A program made the translations under genes and the position numbers. From a virus: a DNA stretch of 64,000 nt. The stretch's first letter is position 1. The number at the start of each line of letters is the position of its first letter. Under the pieces are notes generated by a model. That model did no database searches, was not told the origin of the DNA, and was given only the letters and a program-made list of their open reading frames with translations. The stretch is taken from positions 37,717-101,716 of the IMG/VR virus record IMGVR_UViG_3300017788_002882; one strand, 5' to 3'. Positions 28,340-38,820 of this stretch are shown one piece after another.

Positions 28340-30003
28340 AGTATTTTGTATATAATATAATTATCCAAAACTAACAAGTCCAAATCAGTGTCCCTGAAGG
28401 TTTCTATCGCGTCAGATGGTGTGAGTACCATTGTTTTATCTTTAACATTGAATGATGTATTTAAAATAATTGGAAATCCACTTAACTTTTCGAATTCGAT
28501 AAGTAAGTCATGTATGATAGAATTTTTATATACGGTCTGAATTCTTGATGTTCCATCAACATGTACAACTGCAGATAGTTTATCAGCATACTCTTCTCTA
28601 ACTTTCACAATTTGGTTCATGTATGGTATGTCATCATTAACATGAAAAAATTGGTTTTGTTTTTCCTTGATGACCATTGGGGCGAAAGGTCGGAATCCTT
28701 CCCTTTTCTTAATCAACTTATTAATCCTTGATTTCATATTAGGAATGGTAGGGTCCGCTAAAATGGACCGATGTCCTAATGCTCTTGCCCCAAATTCGAT
28801 TTTATCTGTGTACCACCCAACAACTTTACCTTCGTGAATTTTTGCTGCAACGTAGTTTATCAATCTGTCATAATCGTGAATTTGTATAAAGTTCATATTT
28901 TTAATATTGCCTAAATAAAATTCGACATCATATTTCGGGCCTAAAAAAGGGTCTTGTGTAACTCTAGTGAGTAATTTTTTATTCTCTACTAAGTAATGAA
29001 TACAAGCTCCAACACAGGAACCCGCATCCGATGGAGCAACTGGAATCCATATTTTTTCAAAATCTGAACTAGTAGTAATTTTCCCGTTTGCAGTCCCATT
29101 GTATGCACATCCACCACCTAAACAAAGGTTTTTCCCTTCAAATTTCTTCAAGTTATTAACTATGTCAAATAGAACTTCTTCATAACGTAATTGAACCGCT
29201 GCTGCTAAATTTTGATGTGTAGATGTTATTTCTTCTTCAGTTAATCTTGGTAAAATTCCTATATGTTCAATCAATTTCTCATTGAACATAATTCTTTCTG
29301 ACCTATTCCAACAAAACTTATCCATGTCACAAACAAGTTTACCTCCTTTGAATTCTACGAGACTTCTGATTTTTTCGATATATTCTTCAGGATTACCGTA
29401 TGATGCCAATCCCATCAATTTGTATTCACCTTCGTTAGGTTTAAATCCCAAATACGAAGTCATTGTTGAATAATATAGACCTAATGAATGCGGATATTCT
29501 CCTAAACTATAATATCCAATACCATTATCGGATGCCAATCCAAAAGACAGAGTATCAATTTCACCAACCCCGTCGATTGATAAACAAATTGCATTATCAA
29601 AGTTAGAGGTAAAAAATGAATAGTATTGATGAGATAAATGGTGTTCTGAGTAAAATACCCTCCCTTTGAATGGTTTTAAATGTTCTCTAACTTCCCAAAT
29701 ATTTCTGAAGATTTTAAATAATGATTTTATGGAATGTTTTGGTGAATTAAAAAAATTAGTTTTTGAATTCATCAAAACTCTTTTTAACTTAAGATTTAGG
29801 TCTTCATAATAACAAACTAATTCTATATCATCATAAGAAATATTATACTTTTCGAAAATGTATTGGATTGTGTTTTTGGGGAAAGAACTATCATGTTTAA
29901 TACCTGTAAATTTTTCTTCTTCACAAGCAAAAACTAACTCACCGTCCTTAAATAAACATGCAGAAGAATCGTGGTAAAATGATGAAACACCTAATATATA
30001 CAT
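28336..30003 (-). CDS. Carbamoyltransferase (NodU/CmcH/TobZ family)
   Basis: HDSSA, EEEKF, HHLSH, DGVGE, EYKLMGLASYG, EFGARALGHRS, FRPFAP, HVDGTSRIQ and LNTSFN motifs. Confidence 0.95.
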   Translation of the reverse strand: MYILGVSSFYHDSSACLFKDGELVFACEEEKFTGIKHDSSFPKNTIQYIFEKYNISYDDIELVCYYEDLNLKLKRVLMNSKTNFFNSPKHSIKSLFKIFRNIWEVREHLKPFKGRVFYSEHHLSHQYYSFFTSNFDNAICLSIDGVGEIDTLSFGLASDNGIGYYSLGEYPHSLGLYYSTMTSYLGFKPNEGEYKLMGLASYGNPEEYIEKIRSLVEFKGGKLVCDMDKFCWNRSERIMFNEKLIEHIGILPRLTEEEITSTHQNLAAAVQLRYEEVLFDIVNNLKKFEGKNLCLGGGCAYNGTANGKITTSSDFEKIWIPVAPSDAGSCVGACIHYLVENKKLLTRVTQDPFLGPKYDVEFYLGNIKNMNFIQIHDYDRLINYVAAKIHEGKVVGWYTDKIEFGARALGHRSILADPTIPNMKSRINKLIKKREGFRPFAPMVIKEKQNQFFHVNDDIPYMNQIVKVREEYADKLSAVVHVDGTSRIQTVYKNSIIHDLLIEFEKLSGFPIILNTSFNVKDKTMVLTPSDAIETFRDTDLDLLVLDNYIIYKIL

Positions 30004-31232
30004 TATAAATTATTTTTACCGATTATTTCGAACTTTGGACATGGTACGATAAATTTACCTCCACGTTCTAAGAATTCATGTTCTCTTTCGATAAATTCAG
30101 AAATAAAGTGCCAAGGTAAAACCAGCAAATAGTCAGGCTCCATTTTTCTGACATCTTCCTCAGATAATATCGGAATGTTTGTACCTATTGTTTTGTGTCC
30201 GTACTTGTAAGGACTTCGTTCTGCAATTACCTCGATTAATGTATCATCTATTCCGAAATACTGTAATAAGGTATTTCCTTTACTTGAAGCTCCATACCCA
30301 CAAATTTTCTTCCCTTTTGCCTTCTCTTCTTTCAGAAAATCCAATGTTTGTTTTTTTAGGTCCTGTACTTTTTCGTAGAAATCCATCCATGTTTCTTCTG
30401 AGTCTAAATTTTGTGTTTTTTCCCAATTTAATATCGATTCAACTCTAACATCACAAACATCACGATAAGGTCTTGTTGCAAATTTAGTCTCATCAGAATT
30501 TTTCTTCTTGATGTAAATTCTAAAACTTCCTCCATTTACATCATTCAATTGACAATCAACTATTTTGAGGTCAGCCTCGATCATCAATTTGTTGAGTGAT
30601 GATAATGACCAATAATAAACATGTTCGTGAGTTATGTTGTCAAACGCTAATTGTTTTATCATCAGAGGAGTATAACTCATTTGAATTACGAACAAACCAT
30701 CATCATCAAGAACTTCATTAATATCTTTAAGAAAATCTATAGGTTCATCCAAATCATAAAACATGGCAATACATGTGATTACCTTAGCCTTTTTTTCCGC
30801 AAACTGTGACCTTTTGTAGGATTCTAAAGTGAAATAATCTTCAATTATTTCATCTGCAAATTGTCTTGATTCAACTGTGAAGGTTTCATCTGTTGGGTCA
30901 ATCCCTAACTTTTTGATTTGCTGAGGTACGTAACCTAATAATGTACCATCATTACATGCTATATCCAACCATAAATCATCTCTCTCTAATTTTTGGACTT
31001 TTAATATACTTGAAACTATGTTGAGTAATTCTTTTCGCATAGTTGTATTTGTTCCACTTCTATACCAATATTTTCCAAACATGGAATGAATTGGAGTACA
31101 CTTTTCTAATCGTGCCGCCCCATATCTTTCATCGATTGTCAGGGTCAAATCATGTTTTCCCGCTCTTCCTTCTTCATCTTGTTTGATGAAATCAGAAACA
31201 TATAAATCACCGAAACTAAATAATTTTTTCAT
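30003..31232 (-). CDS. NDP-hexose C-methyltransferase-like protein
   Basis: DIACNDGTLL, HEHVYY, NGGSFR, GYGASSKGNTLL and PDYLLVLPWHF motifs. Confidence 0.85.
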   Translation of the reverse strand: MKKLFSFGDLYVSDFIKQDEEGRAGKHDLTLTIDERYGAARLEKCTPIHSMFGKYWYRSGTNTTMRKELLNIVSSILKVQKLERDDLWLDIACNDGTLLGYVPQQIKKLGIDPTDETFTVESRQFADEIIEDYFTLESYKRSQFAEKKAKVITCIAMFYDLDEPIDFLKDINEVLDDDGLFVIQMSYTPLMIKQLAFDNITHEHVYYWSLSSLNKLMIEADLKIVDCQLNDVNGGSFRIYIKKKNSDETKFATRPYRDVCDVRVESILNWEKTQNLDSEETWMDFYEKVQDLKKQTLDFLKEEKAKGKKICGYGASSKGNTLLQYFGIDDTLIEVIAERSPYKYGHKTIGTNIPILSEEDVRKMEPDYLLVLPWHFISEFIEREHEFLERGGKFIVPCPKFEIIGKNNL

Positions 31233-31978
31233 ATCAAACTTTTATCTCTTTTAAAACCTTCATTTTGCCCCCAATCCATGAACTTATTGAAAACTGAAAA
31301 ACTATTTATTTCAGAACTTTTCAAATCTCTAACATTCGGTCTTATCAATTTCAAATCAAAATCGGGTAATTGAACCACATAATAATCTAATTTTAAAATT
31401 TCTCGGGCGAATTCTGTATGAATATTTCCAGACATTTTTGTTGGAAGACTATCAATTACGTTAAACAAGGTTTCGAAATGACCCATAAAATAATACTCAA
31501 CCAAATAATATTCTTGTGTTGAAGGTCTACCTGTTATGTATATTGGGGTCAGCCCATAAATGACACCTTCTTTGATTAAACTATGATAGAAATCAGGAGT
31601 GTAATTATAAAATGAATAATTATCTGGTCTTGTCATGATTAACATGTCATATTCAATACCACTTTCTTTAATCATGTTCAATGAACTTTTCATCAAAAAA
31701 AGATGTTTCTCATTATGAAACGCCCTATCTCCTGAAAAATCATAATCGTTCACATCATAAATTTTGATTTTTGCACTTGGAATATGTTCCAAAATTGTGT
31801 CTTCAGTAATGTCTTCTTCAATGTGAACATTCAATACTTTACTTGATTGAACCGACTTTTTCCAAGTGGAAAAATAAACATCACAATCAAGGTCATTCAA
31901 AAACTTCCATGATTTGACTGCAATGTCAAATTGTCTACACATTCCTGAAACTAAAACAGCGGTTTTCATCATATTCAA
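31229..31978 (-). CDS. Hypothetical glycan-modifying/GT-like protein
   Basis: AVLVSG..R, DVYFSTW and YD.LI.TRPD pattern common in polysaccharide loci. Confidence 0.45.
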   Translation of the reverse strand: MNMMKTAVLVSGMCRQFDIAVKSWKFLNDLDCDVYFSTWKKSVQSSKVLNVHIEEDITEDTILEHIPSAKIKIYDVNDYDFSGDRAFHNEKHLFLMKSSLNMIKESGIEYDMLIMTRPDNYSFYNYTPDFYHSLIKEGVIYGLTPIYITGRPSTQEYYLVEYYFMGHFETLFNVIDSLPTKMSGNIHTEFAREILKLDYYVVQLPDFDLKLIRPNVRDLKSSEINSFSVFNKFMDWGQNEGFKRDKSLI

Positions 31979-31997
31979 TGTAGTTGAAAAACTTAAA

Positions 31998-32435
31998 TTA
32001 TGAATTAACTTTGAGGTTTTTTTTTATGATAGTCGTAGACACATCTTCGGTATAGGGGATGTAAAGTAAAACAAACCCATTATCATCCAACCATTTTTGT
32101 GTAAAATTCATTTGTTTGTAATAGTCCTTTTTTGCCCAATCACTTCCGATTACTATAAACTTTGGATTTACAGAAAGAACTGTCGGTTTTGAATCTTCCC
32201 CTTCAGTGTTTGGAATTACTTCATCAACGTATTTACAACTTAAGAGTACTTCTTTCCTACCTTCATAACTGATAGTTGGATATTCCCCTTTATATCGGTA
32301 TATGAATTCATCTGTATTCAAAGAAACAACAACATAATCTCCAATTTCTTTACATTGACGTAAAAAATTCACATGACCTCTGTGAAATAAATCAAATGTC
32401 CCTCCAGTGTAAACTTTGCGATTACTCAAACACAT
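31998..32435 (-). CDS. Cytidylyltransferase/nucleotidyltransferase (TagD/RfaE-II-like)
   Basis: GGTFDLFHRGH (HxGH), GSDW and VSTT motifs. Confidence 0.9.
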   Translation of the reverse strand: MCLSNRKVYTGGTFDLFHRGHVNFLRQCKEIGDYVVVSLNTDEFIYRYKGEYPTISYEGRKEVLLSCKYVDEVIPNTEGEDSKPTVLSVNPKFIVIGSDWAKKDYYKQMNFTQKWLDDNGFVLLYIPYTEDVSTTIIKKNLKVNS

Positions 32436-33217
32436 CTTAAAACATCATTCAATATCAACCACACACGTTCAACAGCTTTATTTGCTGTGTCCTGTACTTC
32501 ATTATGGTTTACACCCGACTTCCCAACAATATTTGTAACCACGGACATAGAAAATATTTTCATCCCTAATTGTTTTCCAACAATCACTTCAGGTATGGTT
32601 GACATCCCAACAGCGTCAGATCCTATTAATTTCAAAAATCTACGTTCAGCAGGCGTTTCATATGTTGGTCCAGATAATGCAGTGAGAACTCCTTGTTTGA
32701 CTCTAAAATTATTTTTATCACCAGTGAATAATCCTACATCTATCAAATCTTTATCATAAACAGATGACATATCAATAAATCTTTCACCTTCGAGTTTTCC
32801 AATCAATGGGTTGGTTCCCATCAAATTTATGTGGTCATTGATTAACATGATGTCTCCGACTTCGAAAGATTCATTTATACCTCCGACCGCATTTGTGGTA
32901 ATCAAAGTTTCAACTCCCAAAGATTTCATAACTCTTATGGGATATGTAATTTCCTGCATCGTATGACCCTCATAATAATGATTCCTACCCTGCATCAAAA
33001 CTAAATTGATTTCACCTATTTGACCGAATACTAAATTACCACTATGTCCTTCAATACCTGTATTCAAAAAATGAGGAATTTCTCGATAATTTATTATGAT
33101 TGGGTCACTTACTTTTTCTACAATTTCACCTAAACCAGACCCCAATATAATTCCAACAGTTGGATGTAAACCAACTCTATTATCAAGGAATTCTATGGAA
33201 TCTCTCAGTTTTTTCAT
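32426..33217 (-). CDS. punA: Purine nucleoside phosphorylase (trimeric PNP-I)
   Basis: IILGSGLG, GRNHYYEG, TNAVGG, GPTYETPAE, VGMSTIPE and VTN motifs. Confidence 0.9.
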   Translation of the reverse strand: MKKLRDSIEFLDNRVGLHPTVGIILGSGLGEIVEKVSDPIIINYREIPHFLNTGIEGHSGNLVFGQIGEINLVLMQGRNHYYEGHTMQEITYPIRVMKSLGVETLITTNAVGGINESFEVGDIMLINDHINLMGTNPLIGKLEGERFIDMSSVYDKDLIDVGLFTGDKNNFRVKQGVLTALSGPTYETPAERRFLKLIGSDAVGMSTIPEVIVGKQLGMKIFSMSVVTNIVGKSGVNHNEVQDTANKAVERVWLILNDVLRCV

Positions 33218-33753
33218 TTTGTGTATAATTGGGGATATTCAACAATAACATGAATTCCTCCTTCATTGTAAGCTTCTTTGTACTTATCTTCAATTAATTC
33301 ATGAGATAATAGATTATGAAATGTAATATTTTTACAAAGTGACTGATACTCAGTGAAATAATCCCCTTTGTGTTGATGTCCTGGGTCTATCGGATAATCC
33401 GACCCTTTACCTAATCTGACAATTATATTGGGATTGAATTGATTATTGCTCATCAATTTTATTTTGTCCAAATGATTCAATAATTGATTTGTAGCACAAA
33501 TCAAAAAATCCCATCTGGGGTAAAAAGTAATCACGAAATGTCCAGTCATCGCCATTCCCAAAGACATACCCATTTGTGAATCCTCCATTACTGGTAATTC
33601 AATAATTTTATTTTTTGGAACATTTCCCAACGTTGTACTCATTGGGTTTCCTGGATAAAGAGTTTGTTGTCCAATAAAAATTGTATCGGATTGTTCGGCT
33701 AAAAAAGTCATTGCATTTGTCAATGCATCCTTATAACTTGTATCTTGATTCAT
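33214..33753 (-). CDS. ThDP enzyme beta/pyrimidine-binding subunit (E1-beta/transketolase-like, short)
   Basis: ELPVMEDSQMGMSLGMAM, ATNQLLN and GHQH motifs. Confidence 0.8.
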   Translation of the reverse strand: MNQDTSYKDALTNAMTFLAEQSDTIFIGQQTLYPGNPMSTTLGNVPKNKIIELPVMEDSQMGMSLGMAMTGHFVITFYPRWDFLICATNQLLNHLDKIKLMSNNQFNPNIIVRLGKGSDYPIDPGHQHKGDYFTEYQSLCKNITFHNLLSHELIEDKYKEAYNEGGIHVIVEYPQLYTK

Positions 33754-34991
33754 ATTAAACTATTGTAGAAATTAAAGTCTGTTTTGTCATTTTTGATGTC
33801 TTCGAAAATTTGAATATTTTTATCGAAACGATTTTTATTATTCTTGAAAAAACTTATTATATCTTGTTTTTTGGTGTTCAATCTTAAGATTTCATTGATA
33901 ATCATTTCAAATCTTTTTTTTGCATTTGGTTCATTGTCATAACTATGATCGACAATATCATCGAAAAAATCAAAATTATACCTATCCTTCATTTTTTTAA
34001 TATGATTTGCACTTGCCATTATAATTGGAATTTGAGAAAAATATAAAGGTATAAAAGATTTTTCACTCAGGATTATAATATCATTTTTTTCAAAATTGGT
34101 TTCAGTAACTATGTTAATGTATGAATTTTTGTATGGATTGTTTGAATAAGAGGCAACTGTGTCGAATGTATGAGGAGGATAATCAACTTGATAATTTTTT
34201 TCGTAAATGCTATTATGTATTTGAACATCAAGAAGTTTGATAATTTCTTTTTCATATATCAAAACCTCACTTTCAGTAAAGAATTGACTCAAATATGGTT
34301 TGAAATTTGAAAGACTGCCCGAATTGATGAAAAGTTCTCTCATTTCATATCCCCTTATCCAACTCCAATCTGTATCGTCAACTATGTTATGGTACATCAA
34401 ATAAACTAATAGAGCGAACCGATGTATTTTCACCTTTCGATTATATGACATGAATAAAAAATTTCTCTCTTTTTTGTAATTGTAAGGAAATCTGGTCAAT
34501 TCATTAGCAATTGCGAACTTTCCATTATTAGTTGTATGAGTAATCAAATCAACATCAAACTTTGTTTTTACATCATGATTGATTTCATTACAATTAATTA
34601 CTACAAATTTTTTGGTAGGAATACCCATTTTTTTCAATAGGGCATCGAGACTATTGATTAAATTATCATCATCAGATTCAGCATCGTTCTTAACTATCAC
34701 ATAAAAATTCGGATTGAATTTTAATAAGTCAATTACCTTTTCACTGAAGGGTAAATCTTGTTTTGAAACAATTTCTGCCGCTAAATAATATCGATATTCA
34801 TAAAAATAATAATACTTTTGATTATCGTTAGGAATTTCATTGATGTTGAAAACTTTGAATTTGAACCCTTCAGGATTACGCATTCCTACATAACAATCAA
34901 AATAATTGATTACATCCTGTTTGAATACATCGACCTCATCATAAACTAAATTCAAAAAATTACCCATTTTCCAGTTCCGTAGTGCGGCCAC
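33750..34991 (-). CDS. GT10-like paralogue (likely start ATG 34967)
   Basis: FLFMSYNR...HR, INIVTET, LSEKSF and FFDDIVDHSYD motifs. Confidence 0.5.
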   Translation of the reverse strand: MAALRNWKMGNFLNLVYDEVDVFKQDVINYFDCYVGMRNPEGFKFKVFNINEIPNDNQKYYYFYEYRYYLAAEIVSKQDLPFSEKVIDLLKFNPNFYVIVKNDAESDDDNLINSLDALLKKMGIPTKKFVVINCNEINHDVKTKFDVDLITHTTNNGKFAIANELTRFPYNYKKERNFLFMSYNRKVKIHRFALLVYLMYHNIVDDTDWSWIRGYEMRELFINSGSLSNFKPYLSQFFTESEVLIYEKEIIKLLDVQIHNSIYEKNYQVDYPPHTFDTVASYSNNPYKNSYINIVTETNFEKNDIIILSEKSFIPLYFSQIPIIMASANHIKKMKDRYNFDFFDDIVDHSYDNEPNAKKRFEMIINEILRLNTKKQDIISFFKNNKNRFDKNIQIFEDIKNDKTDFNFYNSLI

Positions 34992-35581
34992 TCTTTTTTA
35001 TATTTATACCAAATAACATCTTCAGGAATTTCGGTTTTCTTAGCCCATGTTTCAATAGTTGGTGTATTAGTTGAAACTTCATTATCTTCCACAACAAATC
35101 TAATAGGTAAATCGAAATTTTTAGCGTACTTATAATTTTCCATGAAAGTACCAGTTTCGAATGTCATGTCTCCAACGAAACACCACACCATTTCATCAAT
35201 ACCTTTTCGTTTGTTTGCCATCGCAACACCAACCGCTATTGGTATTATACCACCAACAATTGCCGAACTATAAAACTTCTCGTCTTTATTGACGATTGTA
35301 ATCGACCTACCTTCCAATATTTCTTTTTCCAACCATTCAGGAGATATTCCTTTCAGTAAAGCATGATAATGTGACCTCCACGTTGAAAATACCCAGTCTT
35401 TCCTTGAAATTCTTTTGAATATTTCAACAAGATGTTTTTCATTACCTCCACTCAAATGAACAGGGCCTCGTATTTTACCTGACTCCCAATGTTCAACTAT
35501 TTTATTTTCAAAATGAATAAGTTCCTCTTCATTCCAGTTGTGTTCTCTAACTATTGGATATTGCTCTAAATTTTTTGTCAT
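34952..35581 (-). CDS. ThDP enzyme alpha subunit (E1-alpha-like, short)
   Basis: VHLSGGNE, WRSHYHAL, SAIVGG and GDMTFETG...VVEDN (GDx...N ThDP motif). Confidence 0.85.
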   Translation of the reverse strand: MTKNLEQYPIVREHNWNEEELIHFENKIVEHWESGKIRGPVHLSGGNEKHLVEIFKRISRKDWVFSTWRSHYHALLKGISPEWLEKEILEGRSITIVNKDEKFYSSAIVGGIIPIAVGVAMANKRKGIDEMVWCFVGDMTFETGTFMENYKYAKNFDLPIRFVVEDNEVSTNTPTIETWAKKTEIPEDVIWYKYKKEWPHYGTGKWVIF

Positions 35582-35584
35582 AAC

Positions 35585-36196
35585 TTATTTATTAAAAGAT
35601 ACAATTGAGTACCTCGAATTTTTGGCAAATTCCTCAACTGAAGAAACAAAATGAGGAGACCTGAAGACTTTATTGTTCAATAATGTCACTCGATTAAATT
35701 TGGGTAAAATTTGTTTGTTAAATTCGTAATCATTATCGTCTGTAATGTTGAGAATACCTCCCCAATCCCAAATCCATTCTTCATTAACATAATATATTAA
35801 ATTGATATTACCAGCATAATCATCAACATGAGTTCTAAAGTAATCCCCTTTATCTGATTTGTGGCATCTTATGTCAAATTCGGTTAAATCAAAGGGAGAA
35901 ACTTTTTTGAGGAAAGGAACGAAAAATTCATTATAGATATTTTTCAAGTCCTCGTTTTTTTCCAAAATGAATGACCTACTAAATCTTGTTGAATAAACTT
36001 CGTCTTTCTTTGGTAAATAGGGTGATTTCGTTTTGAACACATGTTCATAATGATTTTCTCTCACCTGATGTATTTTTTCCCAAGAATTTTCTGAAGTGAA
36101 CAAATCTTGTATATTTTTTGCAACATCGATTGGTAAAAAGTTGTCAATTATTGAATATCCGATTTCACCTAATTCGTATCTAACCTTATCTAACAT
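35585..36196 (-). CDS. 2OG-Fe(II) oxygenase, prolyl-hydroxylase-like
   Basis: IIDNFLP, HVD, YYVNEEW..DWGG, PKFNR, HFVS and RYSI motifs. Confidence 0.85.
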   Translation of the reverse strand: MLDKVRYELGEIGYSIIDNFLPIDVAKNIQDLFTSENSWEKIHQVRENHYEHVFKTKSPYLPKKDEVYSTRFSRSFILEKNEDLKNIYNEFFVPFLKKVSPFDLTEFDIRCHKSDKGDYFRTHVDDYAGNINLIYYVNEEWIWDWGGILNITDDNDYEFNKQILPKFNRVTLLNNKVFRSPHFVSSVEEFAKNSRYSIVSFNK

Positions 36197-36205
36197 ATGA
36201 ACGAT

Positions 36206-36613
36206 TTATTCCCAACTTATACCCCAATCTTTGAACTCCGCAGCCAAACAATCAGTTTTATAATCTTTTCTGCCACCTACAATTTCTTGTATTCTATTTT
36301 TTGCTGTGTTACGAACTCCATTCAATCCATGAGTCAGTTCCAAATTATTTCCCTCTTTAATTCCTTTTCTGTAATTAGATTCATTGTGCCATATATGTAA
36401 ATTAGTCTGAGCTAAAACTACAATCGATCTTAAAGTCTTTGCGTCAATCACCACATTTTTTTCTTTAAGAATCAAATCAATATCATGTTCAATGTCTCTA
36501 ATTTCTTGTGCGTATTCCTCTTTATGTTCGGGAATAAAAACTTCTTTCAACTGAGAAATACTTAATCTGTCAATCAGTTCCGCTAATGTTGGTAGGTACT
36601 TTCTTTTTTCCAT
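36206..36613 (-). CDS. Conserved hypothetical helical protein
   Basis: TLAELIDRLSI.QLK...N..IW..E...R pattern; sits in the operon after gmd. Confidence 0.6.
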   Translation of the reverse strand: MEKRKYLPTLAELIDRLSISQLKEVFIPEHKEEYAQEIRDIEHDIDLILKEKNVVIDAKTLRSIVVLAQTNLHIWHNESNYRKGIKEGNNLELTHGLNGVRNTAKNRIQEIVGGRKDYKTDCLAAEFKDWGISWE

Positions 36614-36614
36614 T

Positions 36615-37622
36615 TTATCTATTTAAAAATTTTCTTCCTTTATTAATTCTATCTCTCCAATATTCCAATAAATCATCCATTGTTTGATTGAAGTTTATTG
36701 TCGGCTCCCACCCTGTCATCTCTCTAAATTTTGTTGTATCAGGTATTTGTAAATCTGCGTCAATAGGTCTAAGACGACTTTTATCAACAACAATATCTAT
36801 ATCTTTCACTGTAGATTTAGAAATAAGATAATTCAAAGTATCTCCCACTTTACATGTATGAGTACCACCAATATTATAATATGCACCAGGTGATGGATTG
36901 ATGTTCAATAACATCCAATATGCTCTCACTGCGTCTCTAACATCGGCATAAGTTCGAAGGGAGTCTAAATTACCCACAAATATTTGCGGTTGTTGTAACC
37001 CATGTTCAATCATTGCAATTTGTTTTGCGAAAGTTGATTCGTGAAAAACATCACCTCTCCTTGGACCTGTATGTGTAAACATTCTAGTCGTCATTACCAT
37101 CATTTTGTATGCTTCTCCGTAATACCTTCCGATTAAATCAGTTCCAACTTTTGAAATCGCATATGGTGATGCTGGGTGTAAGGAACATTCCTCATTGATG
37201 GGTAATTTTTCTTTTGGAACTCTCCCGAAAATTTCGCTCGATGCACAAACATGAATGTAAGCGTTTTTATGTGGGGATTTTCTGATGGCTTCTAATAAAT
37301 TTGCAGTCCCAATTATGTTCGTCTGCAAAGTTTCAATCGGGGAATCAAAACTTGTTTGCGGGTATGATTGAGCCCCAAGGTGAAAAACATAATCAGGTTT
37401 GGAAATTTCTATTGCATTAACAATTGAACTGTAATCATTTAAATCTCCATAAATCAGTTTTATCCTGTCCGTAGTGTTAATCACCTCAGTTAAATGTTCA
37501 ATGTTGTCCATTGATTCATTCCATCTACAAAATCCATATATTTTCATATCAGTTTTCTCTAATAAGAAATCCAACATATGTGATCCCACCATTCCTAAAA
37601 CACCAGTTATTAATATATTCAT
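36615..37622 (-). CDS. gmd: GDP-mannose 4,6-dehydratase-like SDR
   Basis: ITGVLGMVGSH, HLGAQSYPQTSFDSP, SSEIFG, SPYAISK, HTGPRRG, GNLDSLR and RLRPID motifs. Confidence 0.8.
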   Translation of the reverse strand: MNILITGVLGMVGSHMLDFLLEKTDMKIYGFCRWNESMDNIEHLTEVINTTDRIKLIYGDLNDYSSIVNAIEISKPDYVFHLGAQSYPQTSFDSPIETLQTNIIGTANLLEAIRKSPHKNAYIHVCASSEIFGRVPKEKLPINEECSLHPASPYAISKVGTDLIGRYYGEAYKMMVMTTRMFTHTGPRRGDVFHESTFAKQIAMIEHGLQQPQIFVGNLDSLRTYADVRDAVRAYWMLLNINPSPGAYYNIGGTHTCKVGDTLNYLISKSTVKDIDIVVDKSRLRPIDADLQIPDTTKFREMTGWEPTINFNQTMDDLLEYWRDRINKGRKFLNR

Positions 37623-37635
37623 AATTTAATTTTTT

Positions 37636-38802
37636 TTAAGCATTTTCATATATCTCTCTGAAAATATTTGCCGTCAAACTCCAATTATAATCAATTCCAA
37701 ATGCATCACAATATCCGATATCAAAATCTTTAAGTATAATTCTGTAGGTTTCTTTATTTTCTTTTATCAATAATTTTAATTTTTCGGGAATAAACAAATC
37801 GTTATAAACGATATTGGTTAGTGTAATCACGTTAGACCAAGCAATACTTCCAACAGAATCTTTTACTTCATTGTAATTTTTATCTCTAATCCCAATTAAG
37901 TTATCTATAATACCTAAACACCTTAATTTCATAGAATCGGTGTTATCGAAATCATAGTTGAATATTGGGCCATATAAACCTAATCCATATTTTGACAAAT
38001 TTTTATTTTGCCCTTTGTTACCCAATATTAAAAAAGGGTTTCCTAATAAAACCCCTCGGAATGTTTTTTCAGTATGAAAAATAAATTCATTTGGTTTGTC
38101 ATCAATACCGAATGATTCCAAACGTGGTGCGGTTTCGGTTACAACATCGATTAAATTGTTTACGTTTAGTAACTCATATGAATAAACTTTATGAGGTTTG
38201 TTATAGTCCCGACTTTCTTCAAGAGTTAATTTTCTTTCCTTAAAATATTCATAGGGCCAATTATCTTGAACATGTGCCCACGTATTAACCCCATAATCGA
38301 ATAATCCAAATTTACATAAATAATCCATAAACTCGGCTCGGTGACTTCTTACATGATTATTCAAATTCAAGTAGAGTTTTTTTATTATCTTGTTTGGATT
38401 GTATAATTCCATTGGGGTCTTCCCATAATTTTCAATCAAGGCATAGAAAGTGTAATGTAATAGTGCGGTAGGCCAAAAAAGTACTTCGAAATTTTTGATT
38501 GGGTTTGTATTCAGATTCGAGTAAGCCTCACTGAAATCACAACCGACAAGAAGGAAGCACCTTATATCGTATTTTGTTAAAATATTTTCAAAATTACTCA
38601 CATCTTCCAAATGACTCGGGTTAGAAATATAATCATGCCTCAAGTAATCATGAAACCTGTTATCCGATTCTTCCCATGGTTGCCAAATTATTACATGGTT
38701 ACTCGGTTTTATTTTTTCTATAACATGAGTAATATCTGAGAGATTTTTGGATAAATTCGGGAAAATGATGAGTACATCTTTTATAAACTTATATGAAACC
38801 AT
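37636..38802 (-). CDS. GT10-like paralogue
   Basis: LYLNLNN..R.HR, VVTET, HTEKTFR and PFLILG motifs. Confidence 0.5.
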   Translation of the reverse strand: MVSYKFIKDVLIIFPNLSKNLSDITHVIEKIKPSNHVIIWQPWEESDNRFHDYLRHDYISNPSHLEDVSNFENILTKYDIRCFLLVGCDFSEAYSNLNTNPIKNFEVLFWPTALLHYTFYALIENYGKTPMELYNPNKIIKKLYLNLNNHVRSHRAEFMDYLCKFGLFDYGVNTWAHVQDNWPYEYFKERKLTLEESRDYNKPHKVYSYELLNVNNLIDVVTETAPRLESFGIDDKPNEFIFHTEKTFRGVLLGNPFLILGNKGQNKNLSKYGLGLYGPIFNYDFDNTDSMKLRCLGIIDNLIGIRDKNYNEVKDSVGSIAWSNVITLTNIVYNDLFIPEKLKLLIKENKETYRIILKDFDIGYCDAFGIDYNWSLTANIFREIYENA

Positions 38803-38820
38803 TTTTTTTCCAATAATAAA

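Noticed and set aside
28336-30003. Carbamoyltransferase and oxygenases as a DNA hypermodification system
   Set aside because: No nucleotide kinase, thymidylate synthase-like or TET/JBP-like gene is nearby, and the neighbours are sugar enzymes. This cannot be fully excluded.
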